Assembly: GCA_000505065.1 (NCBI GenBank)
Contig: AWSN01000001.1
Location: 132,247-196,246 of the forward strand
DNA: 64,000 nt
Source: Parcubacteria bacterium RAAC4_OD1_1
GTDB taxonomy: Bacteria > Patescibacteriota > Minisyncoccia > Phycocordibacterales > UBA9973
Reading direction: 5' to 3'
Shown here one piece after another: positions 29,828 to 40,020 of this stretch. The translations under genes and the position numbers were made by a program. Under the pieces are notes generated by a model. That model saw nothing but the letters and a program-made list of their open reading frames with translations, searched no databases and was not told the origin of the DNA. Position 1 is the first letter of the stretch. Each line of letters begins with the position of its first letter.

Positions 29828-31543
29828 ATGGCAAAGACTTCACCTTTTATAATTCGAATAAGGATAGTCTCTGTCTTTGTACTTTTTGTTGCTTTTGTGC
29901 TTGTCACAAGGTTATTTTTTGTTCAAGTTATACATAAAAATTATTATGAAGAAAAAGCTGATAGGCAATTTGCTACACCTTCAGGAAATATTTTTGATAG
30001 AGGTAATATATTTTTTACAAAGAAAGATGGCTCACTTATTACTGCGGCTACTGTGTCTACTGGATTTAAAATTGCATTAAATACAAATAAACTTGAAGAT
30101 AAAGAAAATGCTTATACAAAACTATCACCATATTTAGAAATAGAAGAGAGTGTGTTTATGGAAAGAGCCAGCAAGATAAATGATCCATATGAAGAAGTTG
30201 CTATAAATCTAACTAAAGAACAAGCCGATGAGATAGAGAAAATGAAAATTCCTGGGGTTTCTATATTTAAAGATAATTGGAGATTTTATCCTGGAGAGAA
30301 TTTAGCTTCGCATACTCTTGGATTTATAGCTTATAAAGGAAATGATCGTGTGGGTCAATATGGACTTGAAAGATATTATAATGATGTTCTTTCCAAATCC
30401 AAAGATGAAATGTATGTAAATTTTTTTGCTGAGATTTTTTCAAACATAGAGGATTCTTTTAGTAGAGAAGAAAAAATAGAAGGTGATATAGTGACCACCA
30501 TTGAACCTCAAGTTGAATACATGCTTGAGTCAGAGCTCCGTTCTTCTTTAGATAAATGGGACGCAGAACTTGCAGGGGGGATAATTATGGACCCTATTAC
30601 AGGTGAGATATATGCGATGGCTGGAATGCCAGATTTTGATTTGAATAATTTTAAAGAAGTAAATAATATATCTATATACAGAAATCCTTTAGTTGAGAAT
30701 GTTTTTGAATTTGGTTCTGTTATTAAGCCTTTAGTTGTGGCCACAGGACTTGATCTTGGTGTTATAACTCCAGAGACTAATTATTATGATAGTGGGAGTG
30801 TGATAGTAAATAAAAAAGAAATAAAAAATTTTGATGATAAAGGTAGAGGAAATGTCACTGTTCAAGATATTCTTGATCAGTCTTTAAATACTGGGATGGT
30901 CTACATCGAATCTAAAATCGGCCACAGTAATTTTAGAAATTATATGAAATCATATGGTATCGGGGAACGTACGGGAATAGATTTACCAAATGAAACATAT
31001 GGTCTTATAAAAAATTTAGAAAGTCCTAGGGATATAGAATATGCTAATGCTGCTTTTGGGCAAGGTATTGCTCTCACTCCAATTGGGGCAGTACGAGCAT
31101 TCTCGTCTTTGGCAAACGGTGGTAACCTCGTCACTCCTCATATTATTAAAGAAATAAAATATGAAAATGGGGCTTCAGAGATTTTAGAATATCCTTACGT
31201 GAAAGAAAATTTAATAAAGAAAGAATCTGCTGATACCATTACTCGAATGCTTGTTCATGTTTTTGAATCATATAATAATGGGTCTTATAAAATAAATAGC
31301 CATAGTATCGCCACAAAAACAGGAACCGCACAAGTTGCAATGGAAGGAGGTGGAGGGTATTATCCTGATAAGCATATGCATTCATTTTTTGGATATTTTC
31401 CAGCTTACAATCCTAGATTTATAGTTTTTTTATTCTTAAAAGATCCAAAAGGAATTAGATATGCTTCAGAAACTCTTATTCCTCCATTTTTAAATATTAC
31501 AAAATTTTTACTTAATTATTATAATGTTCCGCCAGATAGATAA
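29828..31543 (+). CDS. ftsI: Division transpeptidase FtsI/PBP3-like
   Basis: GSVIK, SLN, KTGTAQ; dcw position. Confidence 0.85.
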   Translation: MAKTSPFIIRIRIVSVFVLFVAFVLVTRLFFVQVIHKNYYEEKADRQFATPSGNIFDRGNIFFTKKDGSLITAATVSTGFKIALNTNKLEDKENAYTKLSPYLEIEESVFMERASKINDPYEEVAINLTKEQADEIEKMKIPGVSIFKDNWRFYPGENLASHTLGFIAYKGNDRVGQYGLERYYNDVLSKSKDEMYVNFFAEIFSNIEDSFSREEKIEGDIVTTIEPQVEYMLESELRSSLDKWDAELAGGIIMDPITGEIYAMAGMPDFDLNNFKEVNNISIYRNPLVENVFEFGSVIKPLVVATGLDLGVITPETNYYDSGSVIVNKKEIKNFDDKGRGNVTVQDILDQSLNTGMVYIESKIGHSNFRNYMKSYGIGERTGIDLPNETYGLIKNLESPRDIEYANAAFGQGIALTPIGAVRAFSSLANGGNLVTPHIIKEIKYENGASEILEYPYVKENLIKKESADTITRMLVHVFESYNNGSYKINSHSIATKTGTAQVAMEGGGGYYPDKHMHSFFGYFPAYNPRFIVFLFLKDPKGIRYASETLIPPFLNITKFLLNYYNVPPDR

Positions 31544-31547
31544 AAAT

Positions 31548-32849
31548 ATGAAGAAAATATTAAAAAAAATTATAGTTTATATTATTACACTTGAAGCTAA
31601 ACTGGTTATTAAAAGATATAAGCCTAAAATTATTGCCATTACAGGTTCAGTAGGGAAGACTTCTACTAAAGATGCCGTTTTTACTGTTTTGTCTAAATTT
31701 AAATTTGTAAGGAAAAGTGAAAAGAGTTTCAATAGTGAAATTGGCCTTCCCCTTACTATACTTGGTCTTCCAAATGGTTGGGATGATGTTTTTACTTGGA
31801 TTGAAAATATTTTTCGTGGCTTATTAATTATAATATTAAAAAGACCATATCCAGAATATCTTGTCCTTGAAGTAGGAGTAGGTAAGCCGGGCGATATAAA
31901 GAAAAATGTTGCTCCTTGGCTTTCCCCTGATATCGTTATTATTACTCGTTTTCCAGACAAGCCAGTACACGTAGAATTCTTTGGTTCAGTTGAAAAGGTA
32001 ATAGAAGAAAAAAGCGCTCTTGCTTATTGTTTAAAAAAAGATGGACTTTTAATACTTAATCATGATGATGAAAAGGTTTATTCTTTACACGAAAAGGCGA
32101 ATAGACGAACTGTTTCTTTTGGAGAAAATGAAAAAGCCACTTATCGTGCCACTTATCCTATTTATACTTATAAAAATGTAGGGAATACAAGTATACCCAA
32201 TGGGATAAATTTTAAATTAGAATATAATGGTAATACTTTTCCAGTTTATATGCCAGAAGTTTTGGGTATGCATTATATAGGGCAAGCTCTATCAGCTATT
32301 ATTTGTGCGAATGAGCTTGGTTGTGATTTGCTAAAATCAATATCTTTTATAGGGGAGTATCGTACTCCACCAGGGAGATTGTCTCTTATAGATGGGATAA
32401 ATGATTCTTATATTATTGATGACACTTATAATTCTTCTCCAGTAGCCGTAGGTGTGGCTCTTGGTTTACTTAAAGAAGTAAAAACAAAAAGGAAGATTGC
32501 TATCCTTGGAGATATGCTTGAGCTTGGTAAGTGGACAGAGGAAGAACATAGAGAGGTAGGATATAAAGTAAAAGATATTGCTGATATTATCATTACCGTC
32601 GGAATAAGATCAAAATTTATAAAAGACGGAGCAATAGAAAAAGGATTTAAAGAAAATAGTATTTATAGTTTTGACGATGCTTTATCTTGTGCTTCTTTTG
32701 TTAAAGATTTTGTAAAAAGTGGTGATGTCATTTTGGTGAAGGGATCACAAGGAGTTAGACTTGAGAGAGTGGTAGAAATCCTTATGAAAGATAAAGATAA
32801 TAAAAAGAAACTATTATGTAGACAAGATAGAGAATGGAAGAATAGATAA
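31548..32849 (+). CDS. murF: UDP-MurNAc-tripeptide--D-Ala-D-Ala ligase
   Basis: ITGSVGKTSTK, DDTYNSSP, LGDMLELG, LVKGS. Confidence 0.94.
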   Translation: MKKILKKIIVYIITLEAKLVIKRYKPKIIAITGSVGKTSTKDAVFTVLSKFKFVRKSEKSFNSEIGLPLTILGLPNGWDDVFTWIENIFRGLLIIILKRPYPEYLVLEVGVGKPGDIKKNVAPWLSPDIVIITRFPDKPVHVEFFGSVEKVIEEKSALAYCLKKDGLLILNHDDEKVYSLHEKANRRTVSFGENEKATYRATYPIYTYKNVGNTSIPNGINFKLEYNGNTFPVYMPEVLGMHYIGQALSAIICANELGCDLLKSISFIGEYRTPPGRLSLIDGINDSYIIDDTYNSSPVAVGVALGLLKEVKTKRKIAILGDMLELGKWTEEEHREVGYKVKDIADIIITVGIRSKFIKDGAIEKGFKENSIYSFDDALSCASFVKDFVKSGDVILVKGSQGVRLERVVEILMKDKDNKKKLLCRQDREWKNR

Positions 32850-32977
32850 ATCCCCACACCTATATTTTTATTAATTTCATTATTTTTCTTTAAAATGAAG
32901 ATAATATTTAAATGATTGAATTTTGTAAAAGTAATACTGTCCGTTTTTTAAAACAATAAAAATATAGGTGTGGGGAT
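32850..32977. repeat. 128-bp MITE-like element with perfect 23-bp terminal inverted repeats
   Basis: ATCCCCACACCTATATTTTTATT (32850-32872) / AATAAAAATATAGGTGTGGGGAT (32955-32977). Confidence 0.8.
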
Positions 32978-33016
32978 AAATTTGACTTTATGTACTCAAT
33001 ATAATAATATAAAAAT

Positions 33017-33168
33017 ATGGTTAGTATTATCACAAAATCAAATAACAGTTTCTTCTTTTGGGGAAATTTTTATTATACTTTCGTTTGAAAGTTGATTTTT
33101 GATAATAATTAAATTCTCTAATATATTTATTCACAAAAACCAGCTTTCAAACGAAAACTGGTTTTTGT
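33017..33168 (+). promoter_or_regulatory. Putative attenuator: leader peptide MVSIITKSNNSFFFWGNFYYTFV (33017-33088) with antiterminator/terminator
   Basis: 33079-33101 can pair with 33134-33156, excluding terminator ACAAAAACCAG../..CTGGTTTTTGT (33133-33168); TTGACT-17bp-TAATAT upstream. Confidence 0.65.
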
Positions 33169-33229
33169 TCTTTTCTGTTGTTCTTTGAGAGTTAATAAAA
33201 TAAATATAAACAATTTAAAAATTTAAGTT

Positions 33230-33547
33230 ATGGGAAATAATGGATATTTTGTTGATGTTGTTGTAGGTTTTGAAGATACCTCAATTAATGATTCAAGTAA
33301 TATTACTTGTCGTGAGTTCTACAGGCAAATTCATGTTGCCGATAGGCCAAAAGGACATTCTGCGAATAGAATCATCATAAATAAATTTGATGAGATTATT
33401 GCAGTAAAATGCAGTTGTAGTTCTACTCACCCCGTACTTAAAAACGGGAAGTATTCTGTACTTTGGGATATGATAATAATTCCCAAATATATTGTGATCT
33501 ATAAAAATATGACACACAATAATTTTTTAAATTGTCTTAATTTATAA
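33230..33547 (+). CDS. Hypothetical protein
   Basis: ATG ORF with A-rich upstream, followed by a terminator hairpin. Confidence 0.55.
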   Translation: MGNNGYFVDVVVGFEDTSINDSSNITCREFYRQIHVADRPKGHSANRIIINKFDEIIAVKCSCSSTHPVLKNGKYSVLWDMIIIPKYIVIYKNMTHNNFLNCLNL

Positions 33548-33552
33548 AAATT

Positions 33553-33594
33553 AAAAAATCCGCTAGAGCTTTTTTGGGCCAGCGGATTTTTTTT
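33553..33594. terminator. Bidirectional terminator
   Basis: AAAAAATCCGCT...AGCGGATTTTTT between convergent ORFs. Confidence 0.7.
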
Positions 33595-33604
33595 ACCTCA
33601 AATT

Positions 33605-33970
33605 TTATTCGAGAATTAGTTCTTTCGAGAAAGGGAATTGTGTGACTTGAAAGTCAAACTTTTCTTTTTTCTTGAAATTAAAAAAATGTGATCTGTCAGT
33701 TTTTATCTTAACAAAATCACCATCATCAGTTTCAATAGTTACGAAATAGTTTGTAATTTTTATCACTTCCGGTATGGAAGTCGCAAAGTCTACAGGGGAT
33801 AAATCTCCTGCAAGAGTTTCTGATTGTTCTTGAGTTAGATCAAAAACAATACCACGGATTTCTTTCTTTTCTGGTATAAACATAAGAAAAAAATTCAATA
33901 AATTTTTCCAGAAAAGACTTGTGATAATTACTATCACAAAAGCAACGGATAAAAGAATTTTTGCTTCCAT
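33605..33970 (-). CDS. Hypothetical membrane-anchored protein
   Basis: N-terminal TM, beta-rich C-terminus. Confidence 0.65.
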   Translation of the reverse strand: MEAKILLSVAFVIVIITSLFWKNLLNFFLMFIPEKKEIRGIVFDLTQEQSETLAGDLSPVDFATSIPEVIKITNYFVTIETDDGDFVKIKTDRSHFFNFKKKEKFDFQVTQFPFSKELILE

Positions 33971-34055
33971 AATTTTAGTTTTAAAGTTTATTTATTTTTT
34001 TTATACCATTTTTGTCATAAAAAGTCTAGGTAATGATTTTTTTGTAGCTATAGAT

Positions 34056-34175
34056 AATTTTCTGCTGAGAATTTTCGCGACCTCATCTCGGCTCGTTAGC
34101 CTCCGACTGTCACAAATTAAAAAAGTGCTACTTAAATTTTTTTAATTTGTGAACCCATTGCGTGGCTTTCAGAAC
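34056..34175. repeat. Intergenic copy of the structured element found in tsaD
   Basis: AATTTTCTGCTGAGAATTTT...CTCGGCTCGTTAGCCT...GGCTTTC in the same order as 12488-12543. Confidence 0.6.
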
Positions 34176-34256
34176 TAAGTAGGGACAGAGAATGGATTGA
34201 ATTAGGGATTAAGGAGTTGAGTTTGATACTTAAATAAGGTTCACGAAGTTCACACA

Positions 34257-34760
34257 TTAACCAATTTTATTTAATATCAAATCGGTAATCTCTTCAGGAT
34301 TAAATTTAGTAGTATCAATCTCTGTAAATTCTGAAAAATCTTTAGCTTGTTGCATACCATGTGTGTAATCAAATCTTTCTCTATCAGGCATCCTTTTTCT
34401 TTCTTCGCCTCTTTTTTGTATTCTTTCCCATAAAACTTCTTTTGGAGCAGAAAGATAAAACATATAAATATCTGTATTGTTCTTAATGGCAATATCTTTT
34501 AATTTGTTATCACGCTCTTTTGTAATTCCACTATCAATAACAACGTTCACGTTATTTGAAAGGAAAGAGTTAGTTAATGAAAATATTGCATCAAATGCTA
34601 CTGCGTTAAAATCATCAGTCGCTTTTGATTTAGTGATTAAATTTCTTATCATATCAAGCCCAACAAAAACAGTATTTTCCATTTTTTCTTTTAAGATTGC
34701 ACTAACTGTTGATTTTCCAGCACCCCTTGCCCCATCTAAAATTATAAGTTTTGCTTTCAT
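34257..34760 (-). CDS. AAA_33-type P-loop kinase
   Basis: GARGAGKST, VVIDS, ERIQKR, IDTT. Confidence 0.85.
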   Translation of the reverse strand: MKAKLIILDGARGAGKSTVSAILKEKMENTVFVGLDMIRNLITKSKATDDFNAVAFDAIFSLTNSFLSNNVNVVIDSGITKERDNKLKDIAIKNNTDIYMFYLSAPKEVLWERIQKRGEERKRMPDRERFDYTHGMQQAKDFSEFTEIDTTKFNPEEITDLILNKIG

Positions 34761-35362
34761 ATTTTTATGTTAAATTTTAATAATTCATCATTAAGTTGTT
34801 CAACTGACTTAAATACAATTCCATTTAATCCATACTCTCTAGCTTTAAGAATATTTTTTTTACCATCATCTATAAACACAGTTTCTTCTGGTTTAACTCC
34901 AAGTTTTTGTAATGTAATATCAAATATTTCTTTATTAGGTTTCTTTATCCCTAGTTCCCAAGAGAATGATTTTATTTCAAATAAGTCTCTTATATACCAT
35001 TTATTCAATACATTTGCTTCAAACACTGTAGTATTTGATATAAAACCAAGTTTATAATTTTCCTTAAGTTTTAGTAGTAATTCCTTCATTCCAATAAACA
35101 TTGTTGCTTTTTCAATTCCTTCTCTGAATAAATTTATTATAAATTCTTCGTTTTCATTATTATGTTCAATATTAAATTCCTTAAGAAAATTTATTGCCAT
35201 TTCTTTTTCTGAACTCCAATTATTTAACTGAACAGAAGTCTCATATAGATGCATAAATTCGGATGATTTTTCAATTCCAAATTTGTCTTGCAATGATTTT
35301 GATATACCTACATTCTTAGTTCCAAGAGTTTCCCATAAATCAAAAATAATTGCTTTTATCAT
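34757..35362 (-). CDS. HAD family hydrolase
   Basis: FDLWETL, ISN, KKP, FIDD. Confidence 0.92.
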   Translation of the reverse strand: MIKAIIFDLWETLGTKNVGISKSLQDKFGIEKSSEFMHLYETSVQLNNWSSEKEMAINFLKEFNIEHNNENEEFIINLFREGIEKATMFIGMKELLLKLKENYKLGFISNTTVFEANVLNKWYIRDLFEIKSFSWELGIKKPNKEIFDITLQKLGVKPEETVFIDDGKKNILKAREYGLNGIVFKSVEQLNDELLKFNIKI

Positions 35363-35449
35363 TACATTATTATATCAGATACTTGAAAAAGTTCTAAACT
35401 CTTAAAATGGTGTAAAAAACTACTTTAATAAATAAGGCTAAAAACGTTG

Positions 35450-35521
35450 TGACCTCACGGAGAATCGAACTCCGATTAGCGGATTGAGAACCCGCTGTCC
35501 TAACCGTTAGACGATGAGGCC
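35450..35521 (-). tRNA. tRNA-Glu(CTC)
   Basis: Minus strand GGCCTCA/TGAGGTC acceptor, GCGGG-TTCTCAA-TCCGC, GTTCGATTC. Confidence 0.95.
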
Positions 35522-35751
35522 AGTTAGATACATATAAAATACCAGAAAAATAGTCTTTTTACAAGAAGATAAAAATTCTTGTTTTTAATTAAAAAAATAG
35601 TTATTATATATAGAAATTTATGTAATTTTTACATATTGACAAATATCCCCAAATATGATACAATATAACAGAAGGTGGTTAGGGATGGTTAAATTGAATA
35701 GTTGATTTAATAAGTCATTTATTCAATTTAACCATTTTAAAATCAACCATT

Positions 35752-35952
35752 ATGAAAACAAAAATTAATTTTAAAAAAATTGCAAATAATTTTGCAATAG
35801 TGTACATTTTACTTTCAATAATTGATGCTGGTATTGGCGGTTTGTTGTCACCCATATTGTTTTGTATTCCAGTTTTAATTACGGGAGTTGTGAGTTCTGC
35901 AATATTGTTTGCGGGGCTTGAAAAAAAATATTTTTCCGGGACAGGATCGTAA
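35752..35952 (+). CDS. Small two-TM protein
   Basis: Hydrophobic 66 aa, TTGACA promoter upstream, hairpin downstream. Confidence 0.55.
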   Translation: MKTKINFKKIANNFAIVYILLSIIDAGIGGLLSPILFCIPVLITGVVSSAILFAGLEKKYFSGTGS

Positions 35953-36042
35953 CCGGAACGAAGAGGGGGGATCTGAAGCGTATGAAGTTTAACTTCTGCG
36001 CTTCTTTTTTATATTCATATTTATTTATGCTATAATTTATTT

Positions 36043-36732
36043 ATGGAAGATTTAGGGAATTTGTATATAGTAGCAACACCAATAGGTAACTTAGAAGATA
36101 TAACTCTTCGGGCTATTCGAATACTCAAAGAAGTGGACTATATACTTTGTGAAGACACTAGGACGACAGAAAATTTACTCAGGCATTATGATATAAAAGC
36201 CAAAACGATGAGCTATCATGCTCATAGTTCAATGGGTAAAGAAAATACAATAATAAACCTTTTAAAAAATGGCAAGAACCTAGCTCTTGTTTCTGACGCC
36301 GGGACACCTTGTATTTCTGACCCAGGAGTAATGCTTGTTTCTTCTATTTATAAAGAATTTGGAAATGATGCAAAGGTAATTCCCATTCCAGGACCGAGTG
36401 CTCTTATTTCTGCACTTTCTTCTTCTGGTGTATCTGTAGCCGAATTCACATTTCTTGGTTTTTTACCACACAAAAAAGGTAGAGAAACTATTTTTAAAGA
36501 AATTTCAAATTCAAAAAGAGTCATTGTTTTTTATGAATCAGTTCATCGTATTTTAAAGACTTTGGCTTCACTTATAAAACATACTCCAAATGGAAAGGTG
36601 ACAATAGGACGTGAACTTACAAAACAATTTGAGCAATTTGTAAAAGGTAATCCAGAAGAGATACTTAAATATTTTGAATTAAATAAAGACAAAATAAAAG
36701 GGGAATTTGTGGTTATTGTAGAGCCAAAGTAA
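36043..36732 (+). CDS. rsmI: 16S rRNA C1402 2'-O-methyltransferase
   Basis: LYIVATPIGNLEDIT, CEDTR, SDAGTPCISDPG, RELTK. Confidence 0.97.
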   Translation: MEDLGNLYIVATPIGNLEDITLRAIRILKEVDYILCEDTRTTENLLRHYDIKAKTMSYHAHSSMGKENTIINLLKNGKNLALVSDAGTPCISDPGVMLVSSIYKEFGNDAKVIPIPGPSALISALSSSGVSVAEFTFLGFLPHKKGRETIFKEISNSKRVIVFYESVHRILKTLASLIKHTPNGKVTIGRELTKQFEQFVKGNPEEILKYFELNKDKIKGEFVVIVEPK

Positions 36733-36750
36733 ATAGGGTATAATAGAGGG

Positions 36751-36966
36751 ATGAGAAAAGAAAGAACTTTATTTATTATGGGTTTTTGGGTGGCACTCTT
36801 GCCATTCCTTGGTTTTCCAAATAATTGGAGAAAAATATTATTCATTATTACTGGGCTTTTATTAATTTATTTATCTTATCTTTTTTATTTAGAAACAAAA
36901 AGAAGAATCAAAAAAACAAGAGAGGATACAGAGAATTTTGTGGACAATATAGGTAGTAGTGAATAA
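36751..36966 (+). CDS. Small membrane protein
   Basis: WVALLPFLGFP, two TM segments. Confidence 0.75.
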   Translation: MRKERTLFIMGFWVALLPFLGFPNNWRKILFIITGLLLIYLSYLFYLETKRRIKKTREDTENFVDNIGSSE

Positions 36967-36969
36967 TCT

Positions 36970-38178
36970 ATGTCTTTTTTGCAAAATAGAAAAATTAAAA
37001 TAGTCTTTATTGTTATCATTTTTATATTGATTGTTTTTTTTGTTTGGTATCATTTTACAAATAGTGATATAGAATATAATAGAAATTTAGTAGATAATAC
37101 AGAAGAAAAAATCCTTAACGATAACATTAAAAGTGAAAATTTAAATGAGAATGAAATTATCTCTGAAGTTGTATTACCAGCTTCTCATATAGAAACTCCA
37201 AATGAAGTCAAGGCCATATATATGTCTTCTTGGGTCGCAAGTGGTTCAAAATATCGTGACCCACTTGTAAAAATGATAGATGAGACAGAGCTTAATGCAG
37301 TGGTAATAGATATTAAAGATTCAACAGGTAAAATTTCATTCTTAATAAATGATGAGAATATAAAAAATCTAGGCGGAGCAGAAAATAGAATTAGAGATAT
37401 AAGAGAATTTATTGAAGAGCTTCACAGAAAAAATATATATGTAATTGGTAGAATTTCTGTCTTTCAAGATCCATATTTAACAAAAGTAAAGCCGGAGTGG
37501 GCTATTAAGAAAAAGAGTGATGGAACTGTTTGGAAAGATAGAAAGGGTTTATCTTTTCTTGATCCAACAAAAAAAGAAGTTATGGACTACACTTTGTCTA
37601 TTGCTCTTCACTCATATGAAATAGGTTTTGATGAAATAAATTTTGATTATATCAGATATCCTTCAGATGGAAATATGAAAGATATAAATTATAATTTAAA
37701 AGAAGGTGAGACAAGAGCGGACAATATAGAGAAATTTTTTAAATATTTAAATGAAGGTATGAAGAAAGAAACAAACATTCCTATTTCGGGAGATTTGTTT
37801 GGTCTTACAACCGAAGCGATGGATGATATGGGTATTGGGCAAGTTTGGGAAAAGGCTATACCTTATTTCGATTATCTTTGCCCTATGGTCTATCCATCTC
37901 ACTATCCAAGTTTGCATATGGGCTATAAAAACCCTTCTTTGTATCCCTATGAAGTCATAAATCAAGCTTTGACTAAAGGAATAGTAAAAACAGAATCTAT
38001 AGGCCAAAATAGAGCTAAGATAAGGCCATGGCTTCAAGATTTTGACCTAGGGACTACTTATACCAAAGATCTTATACGAGCTCAAATGAAGGCCACTTAT
38101 GACAATAATTTAACTTCTTGGATGCTTTGGGATCCTTCAAATAAATATACAAAAGATGCTCTTTTAATAGAAAATTAA
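36970..38178 (+). CDS. Putative glycoside hydrolase (DUF4015-like TIM barrel)
   Basis: NAVVIDIKD, GFDEINFDYIRYP, PMVYPSHY, RPWLQDF. Confidence 0.85.
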   Translation: MSFLQNRKIKIVFIVIIFILIVFFVWYHFTNSDIEYNRNLVDNTEEKILNDNIKSENLNENEIISEVVLPASHIETPNEVKAIYMSSWVASGSKYRDPLVKMIDETELNAVVIDIKDSTGKISFLINDENIKNLGGAENRIRDIREFIEELHRKNIYVIGRISVFQDPYLTKVKPEWAIKKKSDGTVWKDRKGLSFLDPTKKEVMDYTLSIALHSYEIGFDEINFDYIRYPSDGNMKDINYNLKEGETRADNIEKFFKYLNEGMKKETNIPISGDLFGLTTEAMDDMGIGQVWEKAIPYFDYLCPMVYPSHYPSLHMGYKNPSLYPYEVINQALTKGIVKTESIGQNRAKIRPWLQDFDLGTTYTKDLIRAQMKATYDNNLTSWMLWDPSNKYTKDALLIEN

Positions 38179-38199
38179 ATTTAATTAAAAAATATAAAT

Positions 38200-39417
38200 A
38201 TGAGGAAAAATATTAGAACAATAGTTTACATAATAATTTCCATTATTCTCTTGGGGGGAGTGTTTTTTGTCGGAGTTTATATTGGACAAAGTAGAATTCC
38301 TGAAATAGAAAAAGTTTTTTCTATTACCAATAAAATACCAAAAGTAGAAACTACGGTAGACTTTGATCCATTTTGGAAAGCCTGGAATATTTTAAATGAG
38401 AAATCTATTAATGGTAAAGAAGTGACAGATCAAGAAAAAGTTTGGGGGGCGATTGCTGGACTTGCTTCATCTATGGGGGATCCATACACTACATTTTTCC
38501 CCCCAGAAGAAAATAAAGAATTTACAGAAGAGATTAAGGGAACTTTTACAGGGATAGGAGCAGAAATTGGAAAGAAAGATGATATCCTCACTATTGTCGC
38601 CCCACTCAAAGATACTCCTGCGTGGAATGCTGGACTTAAAGCTGGAGATAAAATATTTAAGATAAACAACGAAAGTGCAATGGATATTTCTGTTGATAAG
38701 GCTATTAGTCTTATAAGAGGTGAAAAGGGTACAGAAGTCACTCTTACCATACTTAGAGAAGGAGAGAAGACAACCAGAGATATAAAAATAATTCGTGACA
38801 ATATAAATATCCCTATCATAGATACAGAGATAAAAGATAATAATATTTTTGTGATAAGTTTGTATAGTTTTTCTGAAAATTCTGCAAATTTGTTTAGAGA
38901 TGCTCTAATAGAATTTTCAAAAGCGAAAACAAATAAATTAATTTTAGATTTAAGAGGTAATCCGGGTGGGTACTTAGACTCAGCTGTCGATATGGCTTCT
39001 TGGTTTGTAGATGAAGGTAAAGTTATAGTTAGTGAAAATAGAGAAGGAACTTCAGGTAAAGAAAAATCTTATAGAAGTCACGGTCCTAGAGTTTTTGCTG
39101 ATAATTTGAAAATGATTATACTTGTAGATGGTGGTTCTGCTTCTGCTTCTGAAATCTTAGCTGGGGCCTTAAATGAATATGGTGTCGCTAAATTGGTGGG
39201 GGAAAAGACTTTTGGTAAAGGTTCTGTTCAGGAACTTGTAAAGATTACAGACGAGACTTCACTCAAAGTTACTGTCGCAAATTGGCTTACCCCAAATGGT
39301 AAATCAATCTCCAAAGAAGGTTTGACCCCAGATTATATAGTACCACTTAAATTATCTGATGTAGAAAAAGATATCGATCCACAGATGAATAAAGCAGTCG
39401 AATTATTAAATAAATAA
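38200..39417 (+). CDS. ctpA: Carboxyl-terminal processing protease (S41, PDZ)
   Basis: GIGAEI, DLRGNPGG, SASASEI, TFGKGSVQ. Confidence 0.93.
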   Translation: MRKNIRTIVYIIISIILLGGVFFVGVYIGQSRIPEIEKVFSITNKIPKVETTVDFDPFWKAWNILNEKSINGKEVTDQEKVWGAIAGLASSMGDPYTTFFPPEENKEFTEEIKGTFTGIGAEIGKKDDILTIVAPLKDTPAWNAGLKAGDKIFKINNESAMDISVDKAISLIRGEKGTEVTLTILREGEKTTRDIKIIRDNINIPIIDTEIKDNNIFVISLYSFSENSANLFRDALIEFSKAKTNKLILDLRGNPGGYLDSAVDMASWFVDEGKVIVSENREGTSGKEKSYRSHGPRVFADNLKMIILVDGGSASASEILAGALNEYGVAKLVGEKTFGKGSVQELVKITDETSLKVTVANWLTPNGKSISKEGLTPDYIVPLKLSDVEKDIDPQMNKAVELLNK

Positions 39418-39514
39418 TTAAATTAAAAATATACTTGTCCCGTAGGAAATACGGGATTAAAATTATAAAATTAATAGTTTTTTCAAAAAAAATAATGAAA
39501 GAATTTCGTACGGG

Positions 39515-39952
39515 ATGAAAATAATTTTAATAACAGATGTGCCAAAAGTTGGAAATAGAAATGAAATAAAAGATTTGAAAGATGGATACGCAAATACTCT
39601 TATTCGTAATGGGGTAGCTTTACTTGCGACTCCTAAATCTATAGCAGATCTAAAAGCCAAGCAGGCTCAGAGTGAAAAGAAGAAACAAGAAGAGATGAAG
39701 ATATTTGAGTCTATGATTGCTTCTATAGATAATAAAAAGATTGAGATTAAGGCCAAAGCCAATGAAAAAGGCCACCTTTTCAAATCGATAAATGAGAAAG
39801 ATGTATCTAAGGCCATCAAAGATATTACTGGCATAGAAGTAGATCCAAATACTATTGTAATGAATAATATAAAAGAACTTGGGTCTCATACTGTAAAAAT
39901 CAAAAAAGGGGATAAAGTAGGGAATTGTGAGATAATAATAACAAAAGCATAA
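39515..39952 (+). CDS. rplI: 50S ribosomal protein L9
   Basis: MKIILITDVPKVG, DGYAN, GHLFKSI, IKELG. Confidence 0.93.
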   Translation: MKIILITDVPKVGNRNEIKDLKDGYANTLIRNGVALLATPKSIADLKAKQAQSEKKKQEEMKIFESMIASIDNKKIEIKAKANEKGHLFKSINEKDVSKAIKDITGIEVDPNTIVMNNIKELGSHTVKIKKGDKVGNCEIIITKA

Positions 39953-39956
39953 TCCT

Positions 39957-39987
39957 CCCCAGATAGTGGTTAAACCACTATCTGGGG
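39957..39987. repeat. Intergenic palindrome of the 3-nt-loop type
   Basis: CCCCAGATAGTGGT-TAA-ACCACTATCTGGGG, no poly-T tail. Confidence 0.85.
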
Positions 39988-40020
39988 GATTGTATTGTTA
40001 TTGTTATATAATGTAATATT

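Noticed and set aside
33230-35449. Integrative island at the tRNA-Glu 3' end
   Set aside because: No duplicated tRNA end or integrase found.
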